Shown here in pieces: positions 48,176-62,432 of a DNA stretch of 64,000 nucleotides (the first letter of the stretch is position 1; each line of letters begins with the position of its first letter). The position numbers and the translations under genes are program-made. A model generated the notes under the pieces. That model was given only the letters and a program-made list of their open reading frames with translations, had not been told where the DNA came from and ran no database searches. This stretch comes from Catajapyx aquilonaris (lineage: Eukaryota): positions 1 through 64,000 of the forward strand of contig JYFJ02000699.1 of NCBI GenBank assembly GCA_000934665.2. The letters are read 5' to 3'.

Positions 48176-51107
48176 TATAAACTTATTTATTCATTCTCAT
48201 GCCAGTCATGCGAAGAACGAGTCCCAGCATACTACTTTCCAGTGTAATACATCTTCACCTCGGGTCGGGCTGTGAAAAGTCTCACTAAATCTGAAATTCT
48301 TGTTTTCTAAAGGATTCGTACGGAAGATAGCCTGGTTTTGATAATGACCTACTCGTCTCGAAGTGTACAATTTAATAATTTTCATGATATTGATTTTTTT
48401 GACATCGTTGTATTGGCTTTATTCATCAGAAGCGTCCATATATCCGGCAACCCCTATGTAACAGACTGTCACAATATTCGTCGCCCCCCCCCCCCCCCNN
48501 NNNNNNNCCCCCCCCATCTTTCCCTCCCTGCAACGTGCCAGCTGAGGAGTTAATGGCCCATCACATGACCTGCCCTAATTGGCATGGGCAAGCAATGTGG
48601 GTCGTCAGCCACGATCCATCTCTTATGCAACACCCCACTTCCTCCTCTTGATCGGTGGTACCTTTGCCTCTCTGCGTATATACATAAATACAAGAGAGAG
48701 AGAAGGGTGGTGGGGGGGGCCATGCAGTAAGGGGCTGGTGGGTCGGCTCCCCCCAAATAGGCCCGACCCAATCCCCGAGCCCGGTTATTGGATTCCTAGT
48801 TGGCGCAGCAGGCGGAAGAGGGTCCCGAGGTTTGCGAGTTGGCCTGGCTTGGAGGGGCGGAACCAGATCCGGAGTTGACCCTGCTCAGGGTAGGTAGGCC
48901 AACTACTGACCCTTCTTCACTCCCGCCAACCAGGAAACGGCTGTGAGCCGTTAGTACAGCTCCAGCCGTTACATTGTGTAGGAAGAGGCCATGCAGTGAG
49001 GTGTGACCCCCNNNNNNNNNCCCCCCCCCCCCCCCCCCAAATTAGTGACCTTTGACCCTCCTGAAATGAGTAGCGTGTGATTTCTCCCAGGTGTGAAACC
49101 ATGATGGAGGAAGAGCAGGGGGCTGTTTGGGAGGCCCCTCCGGCCAAGCTACGCCACTCCAGGTCCACTCCAGGTCCTTTCTACTACCAAGACTGGACCA
49201 AAGAGATGAAAATCAAGATACCCAAAGGTATGCCTTGGGACGATTATCTCATTGGACGTGTAATCACGTGTGGCGTGCCACACGAAAAAGGCTGTGTAAT
49301 CAAGTATTAATTCGTTGCTTCTACACGACCGTATTGATTTCTTGTCCTGATTTTTTTTTTTTTTGGTCTGTGGTACTTGTTTCTTCCAGTTATACGGTGT
49401 TGTTACTCATATGTTGTATTTCAGTGTTTAGAGAGCATGGTTGTGGTGTGGATGTGTAAATGGTGTTTTTAGTGTTCAGTGTCACTTTCACGGTGGGCTT
49501 AAGTCACTATGCTTATTCTGCGAGCACTTCGTCACCATGGACATAATTCAGATAAGTTCTCTGAAACTTTACATTGGACGTTTTAACTTGATGGGATTAG
49601 TTGAGCCATACTAATATTATGAATTATTGTAAGAATTGAACCAATCAGAAGAAGGTCCTGATTAGACAATGAAATCTTGATTTCATGACTTCAATTGAGG
49701 TGAATTTCAGGGATGGAATAAGCTGATTATTTTCAAAGTTGATTTTAGGTATGTCTAAATTATTAGCTGACTATTCAGGTCTTAATATTAATTTCATCTA
49801 GATTAATAGTTCATTGTTTGAAAGTTAGACTTGTGGTGAACTCCTTTATACTTTAATAAATATTACCGTAGTATAAAGGTGTTCACCACAGAAGATACTA
49901 GTATTATGAAGATGCTAATATTAGCAGATAATATATATTCAAACCCTAAAAATTAACAGCAGAAATAATAGCTCACAAAAACATGGTCTTAACTGACTTC
50001 ATCCAGTTTAAAACCCAGTGTTTTGTTATAAAATGTCTCTGAGTTATGTCCCATGAGATATCTCAATATCACATATTTTATATAACGTTGGCTTGCTGCA
50101 ATATTTGGACACTTGCTTGAAACAAATATGGCCATTCAAGCAAAATAGCCTCGTATATCGCTTGCACAATCGGTCTGTACCAGTAAATAAAATAACATTT
50201 CTCCTACTTAATTTACGACTCCCTAAGGAGGAATAAGTACCGGTACAGACCCTACTGCTTCTCCACTTTTTCACTCTTTTTAAAAAAAAGAATCCCGCTG
50301 TATAGCATTTAAATTTTTTTTCTTCCAATCCGGAAAAAGGACAGAACCTTCAAAAATGACATTAACAACTTTCAACAAACGTTACTTTCCATTAAATGCC
50401 CAGCTTGTAAAAGCATTTGTAACGGGTCACTCCATATCGATCCTTATTGGAGGGGGGGAGGGGAGAGTGGAGAGAAAAAAATCCGATGCTCTTCCTCTAT
50501 TTTGGGTTGGTTTCGATCAGGAAGCGGAAGCCACCGGAATGAATATACGGTCCGGTTTTATGAGAACCATTACGTCTGAATTACGTACCGGTATACCACT
50601 CTGAGGAAATGAGGTAGGCGATAGAAGATTGGTTTGCTGTTGGAGAAGAAGAAAAAAAATGGTGGTCCACCCCGCTGTATTAGGTCTCGAGTTAAAATTG
50701 GGATCAAAGATCCAAGAAAAGATCGGAATAGAGAGCTATTGATAGATCAACAGCTACTTCGCCGCCCGAACCACGTGAAGAATTGGGTAAACAAAGAGGG
50801 GAGCCAATCTTTCTCCCAAAATAAACAAACAATGTGAAGTTGACACTCGGGAGCTTTTAGAAGGAGCCAGGTTACCGCTTTAATTTTCTCTCCTCTTCCC
50901 TTTTCTCCAGAGGGAGGGGCGATATTATCAAAGGACTACTTCCGGAAAATGATACTCGTTCTCTATTTGTTCCCGAAGATTTACTTTGCGAGTGACGATG
51001 ACAATGCTGAGCTCGAAACGTTTCAGTGATTCTCTCGGGTGCGATGCCTGTCCGGCCGAGGCGTTAATTGCACTGGCGAGACTCGTTTAGATCAAATTAG
51101 TGAAAGC

Positions 51108-51443
51108 TATATACTTGCCAGAGTGATACTTATTCCATAGGAAATAGCGTGGACGATACTTACAAGAGTGCTACTCGATACTTACAAGAATGATACTCGT
51201 TCCGTAAGAAATAGTGTGGACGATACTTACAAGAATGCTACTCGATACTTACCAGAATGATACTCGTTCCGTAAGAAATAGTGTGGACGATACTTACAAG
51301 AATGCTACTCGATACTTACAAGAATGATACTCGTTCCGGAAGAAATAGTGTGAAGATACAAGAGTGATACTTGCTCCATAAGAAATAGTGTGAAGATACA
51401 AGAGTGATACTTGCTCCATAAGAAATAGTGTGGATGATACTTA
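51108..51443. repeat. Minisatellite with about 22-bp subunits (GATACTTACAAGAATG..) in about 67-bp units
   Basis: Direct reading. Confidence 0.85.
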
Positions 51444-54400
51444 GAGCTGCAGACTTGTTGGGGAATTTCCTTGCGAACCATCGAAAAGATGCAAAATAAA
51501 CAAGTAAATAAATAGATAAATAGATAAAATGCTTGTTCCAGGAAAATATAGTAGGCTCTATCAGGTGTAGGCTACTTCCCTTGGTCAAATATGCTAGCTA
51601 TGTGAATGTTCATTGTGTTATATGACCTATATTTTGCAAGTACAGGGCATTCACTTATGTACTGAAACCACTTATAACAGCTGGATATAACTTGGTGTGG
51701 GCTGTACAGTATATTCCAATATTTATTTTGTTGTCTAGACGGCATATCTATATATAGGGAAAATCGTTAGTCAGCTTTCTGAATTTGGTGTAATCAGCCC
51801 ACATATAATGAGGAGTGTTGCACAAGTCGATACTTGCAAGGGCGATACTAATGACAACTGGCCAAAGCCCTAAGTTGTTAGCCCTAGGGGCTTGGCCACA
51901 GTCTTAACAATCTCTCACTCCATCAGTTTTCGTGGGCAATGTTGTGGCCTGCCACATTTTAATGCAATCAATTAGTCAAATGAGCTCGCCCCAAAATGGG
52001 ATTTGCTGTTATATCCTAACAGGAAAAATATTGCGGTCACCATTTCGGTTCAACCAATGTCAGCCCTTTTATTTTTACACCCGAAGGTGAAACGCATGAC
52101 AACAAAATGAGCTTAACTAACCAATTATTCGGTTGTAGCCAATAACAATTTTTTTTACGCGATGAAGGGCCGGATGTTAGTCGATAGTATGTCACCCAGG
52201 TGACAATAAATTACTCTTTAACAAGCTCGCCAAATTGATCCCGGACAGTCTCGACACGCCATCTCCTCCTTTTTCCAGGCTCATTCATTCTTATTCGATC
52301 TTGAGTCGTGTCGACAGCCAATCCCAACGGCCTCAGAAGCAGGAAGGGGAATCCCCCCCAATTCCCCGCAAAGATATCCACTAGAACCTCCGGAGAGGTT
52401 TACCAAGAAACCCTCCCACTACGGATATTCGATTTCCAAACTTTCCGATTACACCAAACCGCCGATTTCCTAAATCAGACACTCAAGAGATCGGATTTGG
52501 CGAGCCTTAATCTGAGTAATCACATCTACCGCCTTATTACCAGCACTGAAACAAAACAAAAAAATCAACAACAACATAAGGATCACTCTGGGCCTTATTC
52601 TCGATCGATTTGCTTCCGAAATAGTGTCGCATCTTTCGCATTCGAGTCATGGAGCCAGACCCGATGTCGTATATCCGTTAAGGTTATACGGATTTATTAC
52701 GGCGTGATATAAGGGCTCCATAGGGAGGCAGGAATGGTTCAGATGGGTGCTCGGCACTTAATGCGCAATATAGCCATAAGTCGTTATCGGAAAAGGGTTG
52801 AGTGCGAAGTTGTCAGGTGCAGCTGCCAGAATATTCGTCAAAAATATTAATCAGGAGAAAATGCGATATGGCTTTTAATATGCACAGTAGACAGCAGATG
52901 TTGACAGATAACAGCCAGTAATGTGTACATTTGGGTCATATTCAGCTCAGTTTTTCACTTTTTTTTGCTTAAATATTACCTGCAAGGTTTCATTAGTGTT
53001 TGAAGCCGTTGAATTAATGTTTCTGCAGCAGTATAGCTAATTTAATGCAAATCCACATGCTATTAATCAATAACTGAGTGATTATGTCACCTTACAAGGT
53101 GTGGGCGTAGCAAAAATATTAACTGACGCAATCAATTATTATCGATTAATTATTTCTGAACATTTGAACAAACTGATTCCAGATGAATGGAGGAACCTGT
53201 GAGGTTTCAAAATTTGATATTATATTTGGAGTAAAAATAACGATAAAAATATTGTAATATGGTGTTTTGTTTTTAAGAGAAAGTATGACATGCACACATA
53301 TACTGCACATCTGGCATAATATTTAAAAATTACTAATTTTAAAATCGACTCACAGTCAGAACATTTCTTTAAAAGTTCTATTAAATCCGGGCGCAAAATC
53401 CAATTCGTTTTCAGTCACTCGAGCCAACTTTTTTTTTTTTAATGGCGTGCAATTTAGAGAAAAAAACGCGGCTTAAATCCCCGGGTTAATTAAATTCTCT
53501 TGAATCTGAAACGCACAAAAATTAAGCTTGGTAATTAATCCCCCTTCCCTCGACAATGTTGGGGTCCAGTTTCACCCTAGTTCCGAAATTCTGCAATGTG
53601 AAACAACCATTTTTTTATAAACAAAAGAACCTTTTCCCCTTGACCCCATATAGTTTGCTACAATGCAGAGGTCCGCACCTGCAGAGGACACGACCTCAGC
53701 AATGCAGTAAAACTAAAAATCCGCAGTTATGTCGCCAATCCTGCCTATCCTTACATAACGAATTGATATCCACCACACGATGCCAGCTGGAACTATTAAG
53801 ATTTCAGTTACAGTAAACCGGGCTCTGACATCCACATGACTTGGAGTTTTTTTTTTCTAAAGTAAGAATCACTCAAGGATACTGGAAAATTGTGTAATGT
53901 CACATATTGTTATTGTAAAGTCATGCATCATTAATGTCACATAGTGTAAAGAATGTAGAACCTGGCGTCACAATTGTATGAAGTAATTAGAACAAGACAG
54001 TGCACTGAGCGAGCTTAAGTTAGACAACTTCTCTGAAAGTTGGAGTCAAAATAATATTGCTATACGTACATAGGCCGTGCATAACGGGATATTAGCAACA
54101 AAAATAGGCCTGTGACCCTGTTTCAAAACGGGATAACTGTCCTATACCGCAACGGTTATTTTAGGTTCATAACAGTCTGAAACTAACCTGGTACACTCTA
54201 TCAACTTACATTGCAAAATGCAATATACCATTAGCATTAACGTGGCACCAAAGTGGCATCAGATAATTAAACACGTCCAACTCCATTATCTAGTCTATTT
54301 GAAATAGCTCCTTCCAGTTTACAGCGGGGTGACATTTTATTAATTGACCTCTGACACGCGCAGGAAGGTCTACCTGGAACCGCCGTGCATGGCCCCATGC

Positions 54401-54919
54401 AATTACAGGCCTTGAATCGTGTTGCGCGGCCATTTTTTATCGTGGCTGTACCTGGGGTGATGTCCTTTCCTTTGTTTAAAATATTTTCTACCTATTTTTT
54501 TCTTACCCTTTTGCCTGGCAAATGGTCAGAAAAATCAAGACTGGAGACGGCCAACTTGTTCCATCCAGAAGGAATCCAGAATACCGTCACAGTGAGTCTC
54601 CACAATAATCAGCTGAATATATAGCGTCGAATAAAAAAAACAAAAAAACACCCGCGAGAAACCGGATATCTAGACAATTTAACAGCAACAAAAAAAAGAG
54701 AGAAGCGAGCAGAAAAATCCAATTACTTTTAATGGACTTGAGACTTCCCACTGAGCTCTAGTTACAAAAAAAATCTCGGTGTGATTTTTTCCCCCCTCTT
54801 TTTATTTTCTTAGCTGAAAGAAAATGCGTTCACGCGACAACGCACATACACACGCACGCATTCGCCGGATTTTCTTGATGTCTTTGATGTTGTTCTTCCT
54901 TCTATCTTCTATGCGCTTC

Positions 54920-55181
54920 TGCTGGTTCACACGACGTTGTTGGGTCGTTAGGTCGTTGTGGTTGGGATCAACCAATCAGAGCTGGGAATTCTCTGATTGG
55001 TGATTGCGTGGCTCACCAATCAGCGCGTGCCACGTCATTCACGTGTCACGCTGATTGGCGAGCCATTATGTGACCAATAAGAGCATGCCACGTCATATCA
55101 TGCACGTGAACGACCAGTGCTGATTGGTTGATGCCAACCACAACGACCAAACGACCAAACTAGTCTCGTGTGAACCCAGCA
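54920..55181. mobile_element. Palindromic MITE (PIF/Harbinger-like termini)
   Basis: TGCTGGTTCACACGA...TCGTGTGAACCCAGCA with internal CCAATCAG/CTGATTGG symmetry. Confidence 0.65.
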
Positions 55182-56700
55182 TTACACGTTGTACACGACG
55201 TCGTTGTCAAAATTCTTGCATGCAATGCAGTCAGCATGATCTGCACGTATCGGAAAGTAAGGTGATATCAATTGTACACTAAAGTGCGTTGATTTCACCG
55301 GTGCATAACTCATGAAGTACATGTTGCATATTTATGTCGTGGCTTATTTACTTCAGCAGACACTCTTTGCACTTAGCTGCTGCCGATTGTGATGCGGTCA
55401 GTGGACAAAAATAGCAAAAAACTGGAGCTATATTTGCGGTGAGACATGTATCTAAAAATTTTACGCTAGCTGCATTTTCTGGCGGAAAATCTGTAAGCAA
55501 TTCTATTTTTGCACAATTTCTTTTGATTTCATGACTGCCGGGCTAAGGCTGAGTTGCCACACGTGTTCCTCACTCCGATAAAACTTTCAACGCGTTTTAA
55601 CAACCCCAAGCTAAAAATACTTGACCCGTTTTAAGGCCTGACCAAGCCCAAAGTGTTGTAAGGTTTGCATATTTAATATCAGAGCATGTGGTGCTCATAA
55701 ACAAATGGCTGTCTGTAGGGGGGGGGGGGACGTACCAGGGAGCAAAATCCAATTAAATCTGAATGCACCCGAAGTTTACTGCACTATTATGGCATGTGAA
55801 CCAGGCTTAATTACAAGGAGGTACGAACACGCCCACTGTTCTACTTAGTGACACACAAATTTCCTGCAAATTATTCATAACTTAATATCAATAATAAGTC
55901 AATAATCGTAAATAGCCAACAAGCAGACAGACATATAAATAAATAAATGTAAAGAGGTGTACGGTGGGATGCATGCCTCCAAGGATATTATTATACGAGG
56001 GTAGGTCATAAAACCATGCAGCCTCAATGCATTTTTTAAAAAATTATTCATTACACTATGGCTCCCTATAGTTGTGAAAATATCAAACTTTCCCATAGCA
56101 ACAGAGGACTATATATAACGTTGGCGTCACTTCCGCCTACCGCCTGCAAGTGAGAGAACTTGAGCGATTCATTAAGTTGTCACGTGACGCAGCGACCTGA
56201 GAGAGTCTGTCAGATGGCTTGCTTTGATACAGTGTGAATTATATTGCAGAGAGTAGGACCTGTCTAGCAGGAGACAGTGCATAAATTCGGCTTCAATCTG
56301 TAATCGGGACCGCATTATCATGTGCAGGATGGCCTATCAAAGATTTATCTTCCAGTGCAATAGGCCTATTTAAAAAAAATTTAATCCGGATGCGACGTGA
56401 TGTAAAATTCAGTATCAGCCCATCTCACAATCGGCAGTTAGACATGCTTTTCGTAACATGAGTCGTTGAGTGGTTATACAGTTGGTCAACGGCCTTCATG
56501 AGTTACACCTCCTTCGCCGGCCCATCAGGTGCTGTTGTCATCAGCGAGTCTCCTCCGCCTATTTCGAGCCGGGCGCGACAGAATTGGGACAACTTCAGCT
56601 GAACTTGCGGCCTCCACTTTTTTCTTCTTCCTGTTCTTCTGACGTGTTGGTGCGCCTCCTACGTCATCGTTCGTCCGCAACGTAACGGCCATCATGTAAC

Positions 56701-56708
56701 TGACGTCA
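56701..56708. promoter_or_regulatory. Palindromic CRE (TGACGTCA) in the CpG-rich region upstream of the 56951 gene
   Basis: Exact consensus 250 nt upstream of the ATG; function is inferred only. Confidence 0.35.
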
Positions 56709-56950
56709 CCGACATTTTCCCGCCCATTTTTGTTTCGTCTTTGTTTATTTCTGGTTGGAAACGCCGACATCATCATCCGCACGCGTTTCCGAGTTGGGCC
56801 GGGTTTTGGCAGTGATTCAGAGCTTATTTTGCTCTCTCCGGTAGCGGGGGGAGAGCGGGCCTAGGTCCCACTATATGTGTGTGTGTGTGAGTGTGTGCCA
56901 GCACGTTCAGCGGTTCCAGGGATTGAGCAACACCACCACCAGACGCCACA

Positions 56951-57679
56951 ATGAATCTTATGTTTGGTGGCAAATTCCATCGAACAGAGAAGGACTCCAT
57001 GGGATCTGGCGGAAGGAGCGGAGGAGGATTCGGAGGCGGCGGAGGCGGAGGAGGGCATCACCACCACCACCATTCGTCGGCCAGGAGAGGGTACGACACA
57101 GGAGGGTCATCCGGGGGGCTGATGATGGGCCCCGGGGCTGCTCCTGGGATGAGGGGCGGGCAGAGACAGCAGGTGGTCCGATCGCCATTAGACGACCACA
57201 ACCACTACCAGACCCACATCCTGATGGGGCAATGGAAGGGCGGGTACGAGACGGAGCAGGAGGAGGACATGGCCCGGTACTACTCCTCCTACAAGAAGGG
57301 TACGTCCACGGTCATCAAGTGGGGACCTGGAAGACAGGACTCTCAGAAGAGGTCAGGGGGCAGGGGGGACGAGAGGGAGGTCGGAGGAGGAGGTGTGTCC
57401 AGACAGACGAAGCAGGTGAGTTTCAGTGCGGACCAACAACCTCCAGAGGGAAGTGTCGGTGGTGGTGGTGGTGGTATTGGTGGTGGTGGTGGTGGTGGTA
57501 GTGGCGCGACCTCTCCTTCCGGAAGGACAAAGGGCAAACCAGAACCGGCCTCGCCCCCAGGGCCGACCCTGGACTCGCCCACCAAGAAGGAGAGTGAGAA
57601 GGGGATGACCACTCTGACCAAGGACTGCTTCATCATCCCGGTGGCCAGCATCGACCGGTTCCTACCTGCTGGAGTTACG
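56951..57679 (+). CDS. First coding exon (243 codons) of an uncharacterised protein with Gly/His-rich low-complexity N-terminus
   Basis: Long GC-rich ORF with coding-like codon use, ACAATG start, poly-Gly and His6, ending in a globular-looking segment MTTLTKDCFIIPVASIDRFLPAGVT at ACG|GTAAGT; later exons not identified in the window. Confidence 0.8.
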
Positions 57680-60600
57680 GTAAGTCCAATTTCCTGTTCG
57701 TGTCCACTAAATTCTGGGACAGTCATGGGTTTAAAAACCATCTCAGTATAGGCCAATATCAAAACCAGCAGGCTTCAGTACGAATCCTTCAGAAAAAACA
57801 GGAATTATTTCAGATTCTAATGAGTCTTTTCACACACTTGAGACACCATGAGATATATAGCCTGGTTTTTATACTGTCTGTTCATTTTCTTGGCCTTTAG
57901 TACGAGTAATAGGGTAGGTTTTCTCGGGTTTGCTCCCCCTCCCCGCCCAACCCCTGACTCTCCCCGATTGCGAAAAATCTTCACGAAAATAAACAGACCT
58001 GCTAATTTTTTTTTGAAATGTTACAATCGCAGTAACATTATAGGAAGCAGTCGATATCCGACCTGCAAATCGATTTTGTAGGAACCTAATTATAACCGTT
58101 ATCTGCAAAACCGGAAACTTGATACGCCCTCGAGGCTTTTCACTATTAACCGCTAATAATTAGCTTAAAAAATTGGGTTTTCCTCCAGAGAGTATGTGAG
58201 AAAATAAAAGGAAAGCAGGTGGGCTTTGAAAGCCCCCCCGGATCGAACCCTTTAATCCGGACCTGGAGACATGTCCCTGGCTGCATTGTCTCCATTGTGC
58301 TTTCCAGTAAGGGAGCGCAAGGCATTAATTTCAATTTCCTGTCTCGCCCGATTAATAATTCGCGAGAGCCAATTAGTGGCGACTTCCCGCTGCACTTATC
58401 GCGTTTCACCACACGCTACAGCTTCCTGCGAGCGATAAAATTTGAAGGCACGAGTTGGAGGGGGTGGTGGGTTTGGAATGAGATGGTTTTTGTCCAGGCC
58501 ATTCATGTGGGCGGGTTGGATAACTTTTTCCCCCTCCAATCGAACCGAATTGATTGGCAGAGAGGGTTTCCAACAAACCAAAAAAAAAGTGCGGTTGACT
58601 ACGAATCGGCCTCAATTACACCGCATTTTTGACTCGGAGAGAAATTCCTGAAGACACTTTAATGCGGTTGTTATAGCCTGGAATTTGCTTATGAGTATTA
58701 TTCAGGTATTATTCTATAGTTGTCATGCAATGCACGTGGGTGTCACGCTATAGTTTGGGCAAAAAGATGTGATTAAGTGTGAGTACAAGGCGACGTATAC
58801 GCGGTAAAAAGTAGGCCAGGGCGTTATGGACATTTTATTTTTCATGTACTTTTTTGACATTTGCAGTACGATGACCATTCGCACAGTTCGCGTGTATAGA
58901 CTATGTGCGATAATGACATGCGAATTATCTCTAATTATTTTAAAATCGCATGTCATAAATAATAGTAAATTGTCACAGCAGATGACAGGTGATTTTATGA
59001 CATTGCGCCATGGGCCCATGGGCACGGGAAAATCCAGCTTTAAATCATTTAAAAATTCCAACTAACGACAGGCAGGGATGCAGTATTATTGACGTTACAT
59101 GTAATGGAGTACTGAAGGTTGCGTAATATGATACAGCCCGTGAAAGTTAAAAGTACTCGTGAACGCACTTAGGCACGTGACTGATAGCTCAGGCAGACTA
59201 ATCTCTTGTTTTGTCTGAGCCGAAAGCATCATATACACCCGGATGCTATTTCCTGCATAGATAATAATTATTTGTTTGCATTATACTGTATGTGAGTAGT
59301 TATCACTTTATTCACGTGAACCGTACATCGTCAGATAAATTGTGGTAATTGTGGACAAGTTACAGTACTTGGCTGAATTACATTGTACATTCGAGTATGC
59401 TTGTATACATGTAAAGGTACACCGCTTGATAATTCGAGTATAATTGAAATTAATGCCATTTTACAGTACAGTGTTGCTATGACTATTATTTTCATGTCGT
59501 ATTATATGAAGTCATATAATTGTGTGCACTGTTCATTCTACACTCATTATAATTATGGCCACTGGATATATTTTTTACTTAATGCTAACATTTCAAACGC
59601 GTTTCCAATGGTTAATATTCAACCCGTTTATTATTCAACCGCGAATTTTACACCCTCTATAATTTTGATATCGTTTAAAAATCCGGCTATGTTTGTGGTA
59701 AATCTTCGCTGATTCTCCACAAATCTGTACAGCTTACGTGACACACCAAGAACTCTCGAGATTTTCAAGCTTCTCAGTCCGCTGACATTTATAAACGCAG
59801 TGTAGGTTGACAGTGTAAGAACCAAGCACTGAGACTATTAGTCATCGACCACACAAAGCTACAGTACGAGGGCCACGCGTTTGTATTTTCGTCCATCCTT
59901 TGCCATGTGGCCACCATTATTCACCTGTCCCATTAAGCCTTGCAGATACGGGTCGAGAAAAAAAAAACCTATGCAATACCAGCCATAAACAATTCCGTCA
60001 CCTTGTACTACAAGCCAAAGCCTTATCTTTTACGTCAGGCTCAGGAAAACCCCAGGTGTAAATTTCTTATCGCGACGCCCCAATCCGGTGGCGCATTGCT
60101 TTAATAAAACAGGATATTGACTTTTTCGAGCTCGCAGAAAGCAGCGGCCTTCATCAATATTCACACGCATGTGTTCGATTAATCCCCGTGCAAATCTCCC
60201 GGAGATTTCTTTTTTTTTCCTCTCTTCATTTTCTTACAGAGGTGGCCAACTGGCTCGCCAATTTCAATTCCGGCGTCATGTTGTCGTAACTCTCGCGAAA
60301 CTCCGGATCCTATTCTGGGCTTTCACCCACGATCCAGATCCTTTTTTTAGACGACCGAATCCCAATATAAATAACATGGCTTAAGGGCACTGAGCCAAAA
60401 CTTTAAGGAAGCCAAATTAATATTTTTAAAAAAAAACCCACGTGATGATCGATATTTGGTAAATTGAGACATTTTACGAGTGTTGATAGTTAGGGATTAA
60501 TGTGGTCTGATTGGAGGTTCCGTGGTTCAATTAGTAATCCGACCAAAGTTGGGATCCGCATTGACCCAAGCGGAACCCGATGGATAACGAGCGTATGTCA

Positions 60601-62239
60601 ATCAGTTTGCAAACTGCACTTTTTTTTGCAAACAAAAGTTCTCCCCGAATTTTATTCTGCTTGGACGCTACAAAAAGTTTTTTTTTCTCTCTCGGGAGCC
60701 ACCCAACTTATCTCCTTTGTTGCGTTTCTTTCTCTCTATATTTTTTCGTTTTTTGCTTGAGGCAAGTTTCCGCTTGAAATAAACTTGAATGGACGCAATT
60801 GTTTCTTCTTGTCTTGTTTGGCAGCCAGGGACGGGCGGAATTGCAGGCGGATAATGGATTGTATGTTTACTATTGCATTGAGATTGAGAATTGTTGACAG
60901 AATATTTTGGCGACATTGAAGGAATTTCTTCGGATGATGAGTATTTGTTTGATCCAAATATATACACTGTGTTTTATCATGATTTCGACAATATGATCAC
61001 TCGATCATGTTATTGGCATAGAAAAATCACATCCCAGCAGTTATACGGATTAATTTTTTGACAACATTAGCCTGATGCCAATACCTCCACCTATAGCCCA
61101 CTTTAATTTGAATTCCTGACTGTGAACAACATGTTTATACCATCGTGTTGACAATTGCAGGCGACACCCGGATAAAAGAAGCCAAGTCGTTAACGTCATG
61201 CGATGTCTCAATGGCTGTAAAAAGAAGTCAGCAGATTTTCATACCATTCTGCTCCATAAATACGGACAGTGAACTGTACACCGCCAGAATCTCCAGCTCA
61301 AGAGGGGGTGAAGAAGCCCACTGGATTGTTTACCCAAGCAACAAGTTTAAAGAAAAAAAAGCAACCTGTTGCAAAACAATGGGAACTTGGTTGCTTGGGT
61401 GAACAATCCGCTCCTCTTGAGCTGGAAACTGCAGAGGATAATAGAGCTTACCAAATTCTGCGCTAACATTTGGACAACTATAATACAAAAGTTACAAAAT
61501 TGGCAAAATTCCTCGCCTCCATTCAGTTTATAAAGAGCAACTTTTAAATGCCTGCGTTGTAATCCCCTTAATAACGGTAATTCCCTTTTAAATGAGCATT
61601 ATTGATCAGCAACCTAATATTTTGCCTTTTCACTTGCTCCTGAGCAAAAGCAGCCCTTCCCATTTTCCCCTCCTCGTAATTACAGGATTTAAAAAGGGGG
61701 CTACCATGTAACTTCCAGAATTCGCTTGCGCTAAGACTAGCATTTCCTATACGGGCTCAAAACATACCCAAAATTCCATCCGAGATAACACGTCATTCCG
61801 GCTACAAATAGGTGGGATTACGGAGGTGTTGCCATATGTAACCAGCTCTGTATCAAGATCTGCACGGAATCCCATTTTGCCAAGGGTTCATAAATTACGT
61901 CACCCTGAGTTTAGGCTCTCGTTTGACACCCTCACCCCCCGCGTCACGCACAGTCACGCCCCCCGTTCAACCCCCCTAAAATTACATCACATTGCAGTGG
62001 ACCTGCAAACATTCAATTTTCTCCAAAAATATTATTTTGGAAATTTGGTGATCGCTAATACTTTCCCAATATGAATCGACAATCAAGATACTAAAATAAT
62101 ATCACCGTGTATTTTGGGTTGCATCATGCAAGGATAAAAAGCACCCCCAAGTGGCAGAGTTAGCAACTACTGTAGAAGGAGACCCGTTCTTCGCACGGTG
62201 ATTGACAAATAAAAGAAATGTGCCACAATTGTCCCAAAT

Positions 62240-62432
62240 GAGACACCAAACACACAGACACACACAAAAATATAAATTTTGGGTATTTAAACTTAAAAAA
62301 ATTGCAGTTTTCTTGCTTTTCCCTGAATCAGCGGCACTTACAAGTTTCAACACTTCCAGTACTCTGAAAGTGGGCTAGGTAGTCGTTACATACATAAATA
62401 CCAACAAACCTTCTTCTTTATATGATGTAAGA
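62240..62432 (-). mobile_element. Helitron-family 5' fragment
   Basis: A|TCTTACATC start and shared core GTACTCTGAAAGTGGGCTAGGTAG (+ strand reading). Confidence 0.6.

Noticed and set aside
57680..57751. ORF read-through VSPISCSCPLNSGTVMGLKTISV*
   Set aside because: Follows a consensus GTAAGT donor and composition shifts to AT-rich; most likely intron
60222..60384. Pyrimidine tract plus AG at about 60239 as exon 2 of the 56951 gene
   Set aside because: Phase-0 translation does not look like a domain continuation and no good donor was found
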